Below, piece by piece: positions 1-8,797 of a stretch of 20,462 bases of DNA (the first letter of the stretch is position 1; each line of letters begins with the position of its first letter). The notes below the pieces were generated by a model. It was not told where the DNA came from. It saw only the letters and a list, made by a program, of their open reading frames with translations, and searched no databases. Origin of the DNA: Methanobacteriota archaeon (lineage in GTDB: Archaea > Halobacteriota > Bog-38 > Methanoflorentales > Methanoflorentaceae); assembly GCA_963719035.1 (NCBI GenBank), contig CAVRAO010000007.1, positions 1-20,462 of the forward strand, written 5' to 3'. The position numbers and the translations under genes are program-made.

Positions 1-90
1 CTGCAGTTCGAGGATAGACTAACGTTTCACGCTGTCGGTTTAGGCGCGCCCTCCCGCGTAGCAGAGCAGGAACAACTGGAATCGCTGTAA
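1..90 (+). CDS. 3' end of a probable UDP-glucose/GDP-mannose dehydrogenase family gene (partial, runs off the left edge)
   Basis: Frame 1 reads LQFEDRLTFHAVGLGAPSRVAEQEQLESL* (TAA 88-90). QFEDRLTFHAVGLG aligns with KFRGRLEYIVVGLG, the C-terminus of the dehydrogenase ending at 17168. The match is short. Confidence 0.55.
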   Translation: MQFEDRLTFHAVGLGAPSRVAEQEQLESL

Positions 91-874
91 GTTGAAGCGG
101 GCCGTGCGAAAGCGTTGACATCACGGAAATGGACAAAGCATTATATTTTCTGCCGTGCAAAGGAAGCGGCCAGATAGGTGAAGCGTGTCATTTGCGTGAT
201 ACCAGTTCAGTTGTGTTGCACAGCTCGCCTTTTGTTTGGTGAATCCCGGGAGAACGTCTTTCGTTTGTGCTTGTTAGGTCGGGAGCATATCGGCATCGTG
301 CAGGAGGCATTTTTATGCCTGTTGATAGCGGAGGAATGCTAGCTGCAGTTGACATCTACGCCGTCAAAGCGATAAGACCGCCAGTCAGCTTAGACGGTCT
401 ATTCAGCACGCAGAACAACCTGTTTCGATGGCTGTTTGTTCTAATTTGCTTGCTTAAGCAAGAGGGGCCCCATTCCTCTTTCTTTGTTTCACACCCCATT
501 TAGGCAAAGTCAAGCCCTATCTACAGAATCAGACTTCACTCATTACTGGGTTTGCAATGCCGGCAGAATGTGAAGATTGACTGTCGGCTAACAGCCCAAA
601 TACTTGTCGCGTGCACCGCCGAATCAAGTTTAAAGGTTGTCGTCGCGCGATCGCGGGGCGCTCGTGTAGAACTCTGATATACACCCAGGCTTTGACTCTT
701 TTTAGGCAACCAAACGAGACGCTCATCGATCTATTGCTTACACGCGGTATTCTGCCTTTTGAGTGACGCAATTACGTTAAAAAACCCCAAAAAAACAAGA
801 AACGGATAATATAAATACAGAGGGCCATTTAAACGCCAACCGTTAGACACAGTGCTGCGTTTTGTGGTGGTTAC

Positions 875-2614
875 TTGAAGTATGGTGTGGCAATCGCTGA
901 AAAGTTGAATTCTCAACTAGTTACCGGCGATAAAAAAGACCTTCTGTTTATCTCAATAACATACTGCTTGGCACACGGACTAATCTTGTTTAACAATGGT
1001 CTGTTTTGGGACGATTGGCTAGTATACTCTATGGACAAAAGCGCCTTGGTAAGTCTCTTTTTTCAACAAGGTACGCCCGGTGAAGGGTATCTGTATTCTT
1101 TTTTGTTCTCGCTTCCAAATTCCATTGCCTTTATGCGAGCTGCAATTTTTGTATCATTTCTTTTGGCAGCTCTACTGCTGTACAGCATCTTGAAGACCGT
1201 GAAGGAGATAGATCGTACTTCACGATTTTTTTTGGTCGTGCTTTTTGCCGTCTTTCCGGTGAATAGCGCTAGGATAGCCTTAATTTGTTTCCTTTATGCA
1301 ATCGCTTATTTTACCTTCTTTCTGAGTTTTTGGTTAACCTCGAAATATTTGAACAAAAAAAATCTGTTGCTGAGGGCGTTCGCCCTTGTCGGTTTTTTTA
1401 TTTCTTTCGCTGTTAATTCGCTGCTGTTTTTCTATGTCCTCGTCATAGTATACATAGCTTATAAGGAAGATTGCTTCAGAAAATTTCCGCCTGAGATTCA
1501 CAGCCTTATTGTGGTGCTTCTCCGATACGTCGATTTTGTCGCTCTACCGGTAGTTTTTTGGGTGGTTCGCTACCTTTTCTTCAGGCCACACGCAATTTAT
1601 GAAGGATACAATAGAATCACATCATATTCGTTGATGCACGTCCCGACTAATTTGGTCAATTCGTTTTATACGTCTTTTGTCCTAGTTTTTACTAACTCTC
1701 TTGGACTGCTGTTTAAAGCAACAACACTGAGTATACTCTCAACAACAATATTTGTGATATGTTGCATAATCGGCCTATTTCTGATAGCTGACGCGGCAGT
1801 AGTGTCGCATTTTCGTGTTAATTCAGCCTTTCGAAGAGGCCGAAAATATCTCATCGCGCTCTCAAATACCTTCACTAAATGGTATCGACCAGCGGAGACG
1901 CAAAACAATACTGATATCAAGCTATTTGTTGCGGGTTTGTTGTTCTTTAGCATCGGCGTATTCCCTTACCTTGTGGTCGGAAAAGTGCCCAGTCTTGTCG
2001 ATTGGGGAAGCCGACACCAACTGCTAGTTCCGCTTGGGGCAAGCTTCATGTTGTTCTACGGCTTCAAGATAGCTTCAAATCGGGTTGTTAAATCATCATT
2101 TGTGAAAGTTTCTATAATTTCCGTAATAGTCGCTTTGTTCGTTATTGGGAACGTGGTCAGTTATCTGGATTACCAAAAGGATTGGTTCAAGGAGGTCTCA
2201 TTAATTCATAATTTCAAAAAAAGCGAGGAGATCAAAAACCATACCACGTTTCTGTTTGATGATAAAACGGCAAATTCAAACGCCAATAACCGTGTCTATC
2301 GATTTTATGAGTACGGCGGTATGCTGCAAAACGCTTTTGGTGACCAAAGTCGCTTCGGTTCAGATCGAAGCGCTTTTAATTCGTCCATGGCTGCCCTTGA
2401 AAGGTATGACAAGCACGGCTATGACGCTGCATATCTTGGGTTGAGAGACTATAGGCAAGCAGAACCTGATTTGGCTGTAACATTAGGATACGGGCACTAT
2501 CCACTGACCTACGTCAACACCCTCAAGTTACTGTACTACGAGAAATTCGACGTGGACAAGTTTAACACAACGGTAGATAATGTCATCACTGTGCAACCCA
2601 CCCAAATCACCTGA
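875..2614 (+). CDS. GT-C fold membrane glycosyltransferase, GtrII/GtrC-like (lipid-phosphate-sugar donor)
   Basis: Intact 579-aa ORF with about 11-13 hydrophobic segments. It has an acidic WDDW motif in the first external loop after TM1 and a soluble C-terminal domain, the typical GT-C architecture. The TTG start is uncertain. Confidence 0.7.
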   Translation: MKYGVAIAEKLNSQLVTGDKKDLLFISITYCLAHGLILFNNGLFWDDWLVYSMDKSALVSLFFQQGTPGEGYLYSFLFSLPNSIAFMRAAIFVSFLLAALLLYSILKTVKEIDRTSRFFLVVLFAVFPVNSARIALICFLYAIAYFTFFLSFWLTSKYLNKKNLLLRAFALVGFFISFAVNSLLFFYVLVIVYIAYKEDCFRKFPPEIHSLIVVLLRYVDFVALPVVFWVVRYLFFRPHAIYEGYNRITSYSLMHVPTNLVNSFYTSFVLVFTNSLGLLFKATTLSILSTTIFVICCIIGLFLIADAAVVSHFRVNSAFRRGRKYLIALSNTFTKWYRPAETQNNTDIKLFVAGLLFFSIGVFPYLVVGKVPSLVDWGSRHQLLVPLGASFMLFYGFKIASNRVVKSSFVKVSIISVIVALFVIGNVVSYLDYQKDWFKEVSLIHNFKKSEEIKNHTTFLFDDKTANSNANNRVYRFYEYGGMLQNAFGDQSRFGSDRSAFNSSMAALERYDKHGYDAAYLGLRDYRQAEPDLAVTLGYGHYPLTYVNTLKLLYYEKFDVDKFNTTVDNVITVQPTQIT

Positions 2615-2766
2615 TAGCTAGAGTTGTTGATTTTTCAGTCTAGGCACCTGCTGTCCAAACACTGGACTTAGTTGTCTTACCTCGATGGGTTGCGAAGCTA
2701 ACGCGCAATATCGTGGAAAAGATCATTAAGCACGCACTAGGCTTATTCCTGCGACTCACCCCGCGG

Positions 2767-3096
2767 CTATGTGTAGAATATCAATATTCCCGAAATGATA
2801 AGCAGGATTGATGCCGCTTTTCGCCAGGTTAACCTCTCTTGTAGCAAAACAGCCGATAAAATTACCACGATCGCATAGTTGAGCGACGCTATGGCGTAAA
2901 ACAATTTCAATTCGAGACCTTTCAAGGCAATAAGAGAGCAGACCATTACTAGTAGAAAGAGGGCATAGCCACTGATTGTCGCCAAGTTGAAGTATGTTTT
3001 GAAAAACTGGTCACTATACCGAGAACCGATTTTTAGCAACACCTGTGAGGACCCGGTAAGGACAACCGCAAACAGAGCGAATAGGAGGTACATCAT
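2767..3096 (-). CDS. Small DMT/EamA (SMR-like) membrane protein, ArnE/ArnF-like lipid-linked sugar flippase subunit
   Basis: 109 aa with 4 hydrophobic segments and SQVLLKIG, Y.I.SLNY and LLQERLT..K..SILLII.GI motifs. It overlaps the upstream gene by ATGA and has a GAGGAGG RBS. Confidence 0.8.
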   Translation of the reverse strand: MMYLLFALFAVVLTGSSQVLLKIGSRYSDQFFKTYFNLATISGYALFLLVMVCSLIALKGLELKLFYAIASLNYAIVVILSAVLLQERLTWRKAASILLIISGILIFYT

Positions 3097-3473
3097 ATCG
3101 CCTCCTCGGATTTTGAAAGTATCAGTACCCCAACGGAAATTACTGTTAGGCCAACAAAATTCATTGTGGTAACACTTTCCTCAAAGTAGACCGCCGCGAT
3201 GAAAAGAATCACAAAATTGACAAGGCTGAGACACGGATACGCTATTGACAAGGGGTAGTGCTTAAGCGCTTGTAGCCATACAAGTGCTTGCAAGGCGAGG
3301 GCCACGAATGCGGCAAGGAAAAAAGGATTCGTAAAAAGCGAAATCAATGCAAAATTGGACACGCTTTGCGACGCTAGTTTCATCAAGAATCCTGCCGTTG
3401 CCTGAAAAACTATCGCGAAGAAAATGAATAAGAAATATCGTTTCAACTTCATCCCGCCGTTTATACGGTCCAT
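3093..3473 (-). CDS. Small DMT/EamA membrane protein, ArnF/ArnE-like flippase subunit
   Basis: 4-TM protein with W..ALK.YPLSIAYP..SL and F.E.VT...VG..VI..GV motifs typical of the ArnE/F family. The real start may be the ATG at 3452. Confidence 0.8.
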   Translation of the reverse strand: MDRINGGMKLKRYFLFIFFAIVFQATAGFLMKLASQSVSNFALISLFTNPFFLAAFVALALQALVWLQALKHYPLSIAYPCLSLVNFVILFIAAVYFEESVTTMNFVGLTVISVGVLILSKSEEAI

Positions 3474-3898
3474 TTATGGATGCTGGTATAACTAACGTGC
3501 TAAAGGTTGTTCTCTAATCATACGTTATCTGCTATCTAGCACTCCTTTTATAGCCGTAGGCCTTCGACAAGCAGCCTGTTGTCACATAAAAAAAATCCGC
3601 CCCAGGATCATCTTCAGCATTCAAGCGCGTTGTCGTCATTAAATGCTTATAGTTATTTAGCCCCGACTGAGCTGCCAGCAAAAAACAATATTTTGAGTTA
3701 AATGATGATACGCGCCTTCTAAATCTCTTTTCGGCACAATCGCATTGCACGAGAATAGCACTGTTAGAGAAATGCGTGATTTTGTCGCGTAAAACGAGGA
3801 TGTGCTTCGTTGCGTCGCACGCTATTTAAAAAAGCGTCCCCTGCTTCTGCGAGACAAAATTCATTCAGGGTATATCGTAAGAGTGGTTGGCTTTAGAG

Positions 3899-4684
3899 TT
3901 ATTTTAGATATTTATGATAGATTGCATAAATATCTCGAACCTCGAAACCAATCGACATATAAAAATTTGGTGCATTCTTATCCGTCAGGTAGGCGTCGCA
4001 CACTAATTTGTCGGGTCTGATGTTATTCAAAAGAATATTAATCAGCAATTTTCCAATGCCCTTTCTTCGCACAGCTTGATCAACCCAGATTAAGTCTAGT
4101 TTGGCTCTTTCGCGTTCTTCCATGCAAGTAACTAATCCGACAATTTTATCGTTTTGCAGAGCGACAAAATTCAGGTTGCATCGGCCTTGCATGTCTTTAG
4201 TAATCCATCTAGCATAAAATTCATCGGCATGCTTCGAGTCGAGATATGGACTGTTATAAAAATGAGTTCCATAAAAAAACCTTGGCGTCTCTTTGAGCAG
4301 TGAACTCAACAAATCTGAATGAGTATTTTCGTACGGCTCGATTCGAACAAATGGATTAGCGTTCGTGTAAGTCACCAAGCTTCTTTTCAAGCAGCAAAGC
4401 TTAGCCCCAACGCCCATCAGTTTAAATCCCGCCTCTTCAAGACCATGGATTACTGTCAGGTCTGCCATCGGGTGTTTGCATACCACGTAGTGCAAATTTG
4501 GCTTCTTCAATATCTGATCCAAAGTTTTTGATATGGTCAGGTAATTCAAAGAAGAAGTCCCCGCTGTTATCTCGAGAGTCGCGATTGGTAAACCAAAACA
4601 CCGAGAAGAATAGGGATCATCTGTGATGTTGTACCGCACGTTCTCACTGCTCATAGACAATAGGTGAGTTATGCTTGATGTCAA
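3899..4684 (-). CDS. GNAT acetyltransferase, WecD (RffC)-like dTDP-4-amino-4,6-dideoxyhexose N-acetyltransferase
   Basis: Acetyl-CoA motif VDQAVRRKGIGKLL and NAPNFYMSIGF. It also has WecD-like segments (SRCFGLPIA, LEEAGFKL, HFYNSPYL..ADEFYARWI) and is divergently adjacent to wecE. Confidence 0.7.
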   Translation of the reverse strand: MTSSITHLLSMSSENVRYNITDDPYSSRCFGLPIATLEITAGTSSLNYLTISKTLDQILKKPNLHYVVCKHPMADLTVIHGLEEAGFKLMGVGAKLCCLKRSLVTYTNANPFVRIEPYENTHSDLLSSLLKETPRFFYGTHFYNSPYLDSKHADEFYARWITKDMQGRCNLNFVALQNDKIVGLVTCMEERERAKLDLIWVDQAVRRKGIGKLLINILLNNIRPDKLVCDAYLTDKNAPNFYMSIGFEVRDIYAIYHKYLK

Positions 4685-4703
4685 TATTAAGCTAATAGGT
4701 TAG

Positions 4704-4790
4704 CTTATAAACCGAATTTTGACCATCTGGACTGGTCTTGTTGAAACGCCGCGAGTATCTATAAAGATAAACAATCAGAATTGATTTAAA
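4704..4790. promoter_or_regulatory. Putative divergent archaeal-type promoters for the GNAT gene and wecE
   Basis: TTTATAAG on the minus strand (4711-4704) lies about 20 nt before the GNAT TTG. TTTAAA on the plus strand (4785-4790) lies about 50 nt before the wecE ATG. Motif match only. Confidence 0.35.
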
Positions 4791-4838
4791 TGATAGGCTT
4801 ATTGCAGTGAAATACGACAAATATGCGTGTTAAAGTCT

Positions 4839-6019
4839 ATGAAAGTTCCATTTAATAGGGCTTATCTCACAGGCAATGAGTTGAAATACGTTGGCGATGC
4901 GCTCAACTCCTTATACAATGGTGGAACACTTTCAGGCAACGGGCCGTACACACAGAAAGCGGAGCGCTTCATCGAGGATAGATTTGGAGCTTCAAAGGCG
5001 CTGCTTACTACGTCATGTACAGCAGCGTTAGAGCTTGCTACGCTGCTTATTGATGTCAAACCCGGAGATGAAGTGATTGTTCCCTCGTACACCTTTTCAT
5101 CTACAGTAAATCCAATATTACTGGTGGGAGCGAAACCGGTTTTTGCGGATATTGACGAGGAAACGCTCAACATCGATCCGAACGATATCCGAGAGAAAAT
5201 TTCTTCAAGAACTAAAGCGATTTATCCTGTTCATTATGCGGGTGTGGCGTGCGACATGGATGAAATCACGGCTATTGCCCAGGATAACAATCTTTTCATC
5301 GTTGAAGATGCAGCACAAGGCGTATGTGCAAAGCACAAAAAAAAGTACTAGGTACGATCGGGGACTTGGGGTGCTACAGTTTCCACGAAACGAAAAATTG
5401 TACCTGCGGTGAAGGCGGCGCTCTGCTTGTAAATAGTGATGACAAGACGATACAAGATCGTGCAGAAATCATCAGCGAGAAAGGAACTGATCGGTGCAAG
5501 TTTTTCCGTGGGGAGGTTGACAAGTATAGATGGGTTGATATAGGATCTAGTTACTTTCCCAGCGACCTTCTGGCCGCCTTTTTGTGTGCACAGTTTGAAG
5601 CGCTAGACTATATTCAAAGAAGCAGGTGGGAGCTTTACGATACATATCGCAAAACGCTTTTTCCACTCGTTCAAGACCGGATTATCAAGTTTCAAAACAT
5701 ACCCGGATACGCTAGCCCCAACGCGCACTTGTTCCCTATCATCTTCGAAAATAGCGATATGCGTGATAGCTGGATGCGTTATTTGCAGCAGTTGGGAATA
5801 CTCGCAGTATTCCATTATGTCCCTCTGCATTCGTCTCCGATGGGTTTACGATTAGGAAATCGCGTAGGTGACTGCCCGGTATCCCAACGGATCAGTGAAC
5901 GACTCCTCAGGTTGCCGATGTTCGCTGGAATCGCCCGAGCTGAAAAGGAGTACGTGTTAGGTGCGTTGAAAGATCTCGTAAATGACTATAAATTACCGCA
6001 GAGAGTGACATCTTTTTGA
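4839..6019 (+). CDS. wecE: dTDP-4-amino-4,6-dideoxygalactose transaminase (WecE/RffA), split by a one-base frameshift near 5337-5350
   Basis: ORFs 4827-5351 and 5324-6019 join into one DegT/DnrJ-family protein with WecE-specific motifs: LLTTSCTAALE, EDAAQG, GCYSFHETKN (PLP lysine), EKGTDR..FFRGEVDKY.WVDIGSSY.PSD and VFHYVPLHSSP. The ATG at 4839 (MKVPFN) matches the family start. Confidence 0.9.
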
Positions 6020-6162
6020 ACTAGGGAGGACGACCCAGCAACCAGCCGACTTAGTTAAGAAGAATAACGGCTCGCAACGTTGGTCGATCAATTTGAGCGC
6101 ACTTTGTTCTTCACGGTAAACTCTCGTTCTTTGCGCCCGCCCTCTCGCAGATGCTAGGAACG

Positions 6163-6170
6163 TTTATATT
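6163..6170 (+). promoter_or_regulatory. Putative TATA box of the GT2 gene at 6205
   Basis: TTTATATT preceded by purine-rich AGGAAC, about 35 nt upstream of the ATG. Confidence 0.45.
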
Positions 6171-6204
6171 ATAATCTCTTCACTACGATTTAACGTCTAG
6201 AAAT

Positions 6205-7153
6205 ATGAAATCTATTAGCCTCAAAGCTGGCGTATCAGTCGTTATACCAGTCTACAATGGCGAAGGAACTATCACTGAACTTGCTAACGGTCTTGAACGC
6301 GTTCTCACTTCATGTTGCTCCGATTTTGAAGCTATTCTCGTCAATGATGGCAGTCTTGATAACAGCTGGTCCGTGATACACAACTTGGCGCAGCAGCACG
6401 ATTGGATTATTGGAATCAACCTCATGCGAAATTTCGGCCAGCACAATGCGCTGCTTTGCGGAATACGGAGTTCCCGTTACGACACGACCGTAACGATGGA
6501 CGATGATTTACAGCATCCTCCTGAGGCGATCCCGTCGTTACTAGGTAAACTTCGTGAAGGGTACGACGTCGTTTACGGCACACCAAAGGGGGAGAGACAT
6601 GGCGTTTTGCGAGATCTTGCATCTGTAATGACAAAAAAGGTCCTTAAAAGTATTATGGGGGTTGAAACGGGTGGCATAGTGTCAGCATACCGGGTTTTCC
6701 GTACAGAGCTTCGTAATGCTTTTGCTGATTTCCATGAGCCTTTTGTGAGCATTGATGTACTACTTAGCTGGGCTACAACGAAGTTTGCTGCCGTCGCAGT
6801 TGACCATCAAGAACGGGCTGAAGGGGCGTCTAACTACTCGCTCAGCAAGCTCGTAAGCCATACTTTCAACATGTTGACCGGTTTTACCGTCAAGCCCTTG
6901 CGTATAGCTAGCGTCATAGGCTTCTTATTCACTCTTGTAGGCGTTGGCGTAACTCGTATACGTACTATTCAAGTATTTTACTGTGGGCACAACCGTAGCC
7001 GGTTTTCCTTTCTTAGCCTCGATAATTGCCATTTTTTCTGGAGCACAATTATTCACTTTAGGCGTCATCGGTGAGTATCTGGCGCGTGTGTATTTCCATA
7101 CAATGAATAAGCCCACTTATGTCGTCAAAGAGAAGATCGCCCACAATGAATGA
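6205..7153 (+). CDS. ArnC/GtrB-like GT2 polyprenyl-phosphate glycosyltransferase, with one frameshift near 6951
   Basis: Motifs VVIPVYN, VNDGSLD, RNFGQHNALLCG, MDDDLQHPPE.IP and GYDVVYG. Removing one A at 6951-6952 restores two C-terminal TM helices and the family tail LGVIGEYLARVYFHTMNKPTYVV, ending at TGA 7151-7153. Confidence 0.88.
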
Positions 7154-8033
7154 TCGATATGGGCCTAATTTGAATTTGGTGGCAAAATGACAACGCGTTC
7201 CATGAAGCATTGCCGTCAGCTTATATAAGAGTACTGCGGGGATTTTCACCGGAAAGATTTTTGCATTCTTTCTTTTACGCAAGAATTTCGAAATATTGCC
7301 TGGCTAGTGAGCTATGTATTGTGACATCCGCATACATACCCCGCATTATCTAGCGGATTAACAACCCCTCTATAGTAGTAGATACATGCTGACAGATCTT
7401 ATGCTATGAGGCTACTGCTTATTTATATAATCGCTAGGAATGACTTGGTTACTAGATCTTAGCGTATCTCCTGTTTTGCGGATGTCGGTCAAATGGATGT
7501 GCAGTTTATTGAGGACAAACCGATCGTAGAGGTTCATCTGACGTTACTCTCTTCTGAATATCTACGAGCTGGACCTCTAATAGTTCCTGACGCGGCGAGA
7601 TGATTAGCGCGTTTTCACGAACTCGATCCCAGGTGAGGGCGCCGCTGCAACGTTCTCTGTATTTCTAAAACAGTCAGCTCGCGCCACGTTTTGACTCGAT
7701 AGTGGACGTTAAACTCGTATCGGAGCGTTCGCTCAGTTTTTTGTGAAGCACACATGAGAGCTACTTGCCCCAATAGTCTGAACACCTACGCTAGTTCTAA
7801 AAGGGCATAGTCGCTTTTCGTAGGCGACGTTCTGCTCGCTCAGATAGACAGAGGATAGTTTGTTTAATGGCTACCACGATGGGAACAGCAGCCCGCGCGT
7901 TTACCACGCAATCGTGCTTCGTTGTTTCGTCTATCGTATCACCCGCTACAGGGGGTCAGATGAGGGCGCTCTCGGACGAGTGGAATAATTTGTCCTACAT
8001 TTACGATAAACACGCGGTCCAACCGCTTCTCGC

Positions 8034-8327
8034 TTAGCGAACCTTCAGATCCCGAGCATACAAACCGATTAACTTTGAAACGGTTCCGTAAGCGTCTAAC
8101 CGGAACGAACGCAAAAGGATCCAGTAAATGGCGGCGCCGAATCCCATATCCGTGAACATCGTTGCGAATCCCGTGAACACGATGATCATTACGACGAGTC
8201 CAAAATCTTGCGGCGATAGAAGACGCGTCAGAATAACGGACGTGACAAAGTATGCGAGCTGGGCGCCAATTAGGGTAACACTGCTCCACGCTACTCCCGT
8301 GCGTATTTTGCTGTCTAATTCCTCCAC
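8034..8327 (-). pseudogene. Internally deleted paralog of the WzxC-like flippase (97-aa in-frame N/C-terminal fusion)
   Basis: By manual alignment, residues 1-66 are 53/66 identical to the N-terminus of the flippase at 13077-14537 and residues 67-97 are 15/31 identical to its C-terminus. The junction is at FGAA. The GTG start has a GGTGA RBS. Confidence 0.85.
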
Positions 8328-8432
8328 TTTTTCACCGCTGTGCGTCGCTCACATTGAAAACCTTCAGTTTGGAGCCTATCGTGACAGTGTTGCCTGGGTT
8401 CGACCGTCGCAGCTCAAAAAACGTGCTCCTGA

Positions 8433-8471
8433 CAACAGCTCACTACCTTTTGATATATGACGTTTTACGTT
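8433..8471 (-). promoter_or_regulatory. Conserved upstream element of the deleted flippase copy (putative promoter)
   Basis: caacagctcactaccttttgatatatgacgttttacgtt is near-identical to 14646-14685, which lies at a similar distance upstream of the full flippase. Confidence 0.55.
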
Positions 8472-8797
8472 TTCGTTTCTCGTCGTGTCTGTGCACGTGA
8501 TGTCCACGATGCTTTTTTATGCTGGCGCTTCCAAACGTCTCGAGGCTGCGCAGTGTACGAACCTCCTTTGATGAATATCTATTCAGTGCGTTGGTTTCTA
8601 CCGCAAGCTCCGAAATGCGGCACCCAACAAGTAGTCTTTAGCCACGCGCGTTCATCTGGAAACACTGAGCCGGAGAGGCGCGGCGAGCATCGGCGTGTCA
8701 AAAACGCGCTCCAATTAGTTAGAATGCGATGAAGAAACGCAAAGCCTAAGTCTTCGAACTCAGTGCTCGATGTAAATGGAAGTTAGTTCGCCGGTGA

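Noticed and set aside
91-874. Short ORFs 267-503, 529-771 and 731-916
   Set aside because: They have no recognisable motifs or convincing starts, so I treated the region as intergenic.
875-7153. Canonical arnBCADTEF (L-Ara4N lipid A modification) operon
   Set aside because: The aminotransferase has WecE-specific rather than ArnB motifs. No ArnA or ArnD is present, and a GNAT acetyltransferase is there instead.
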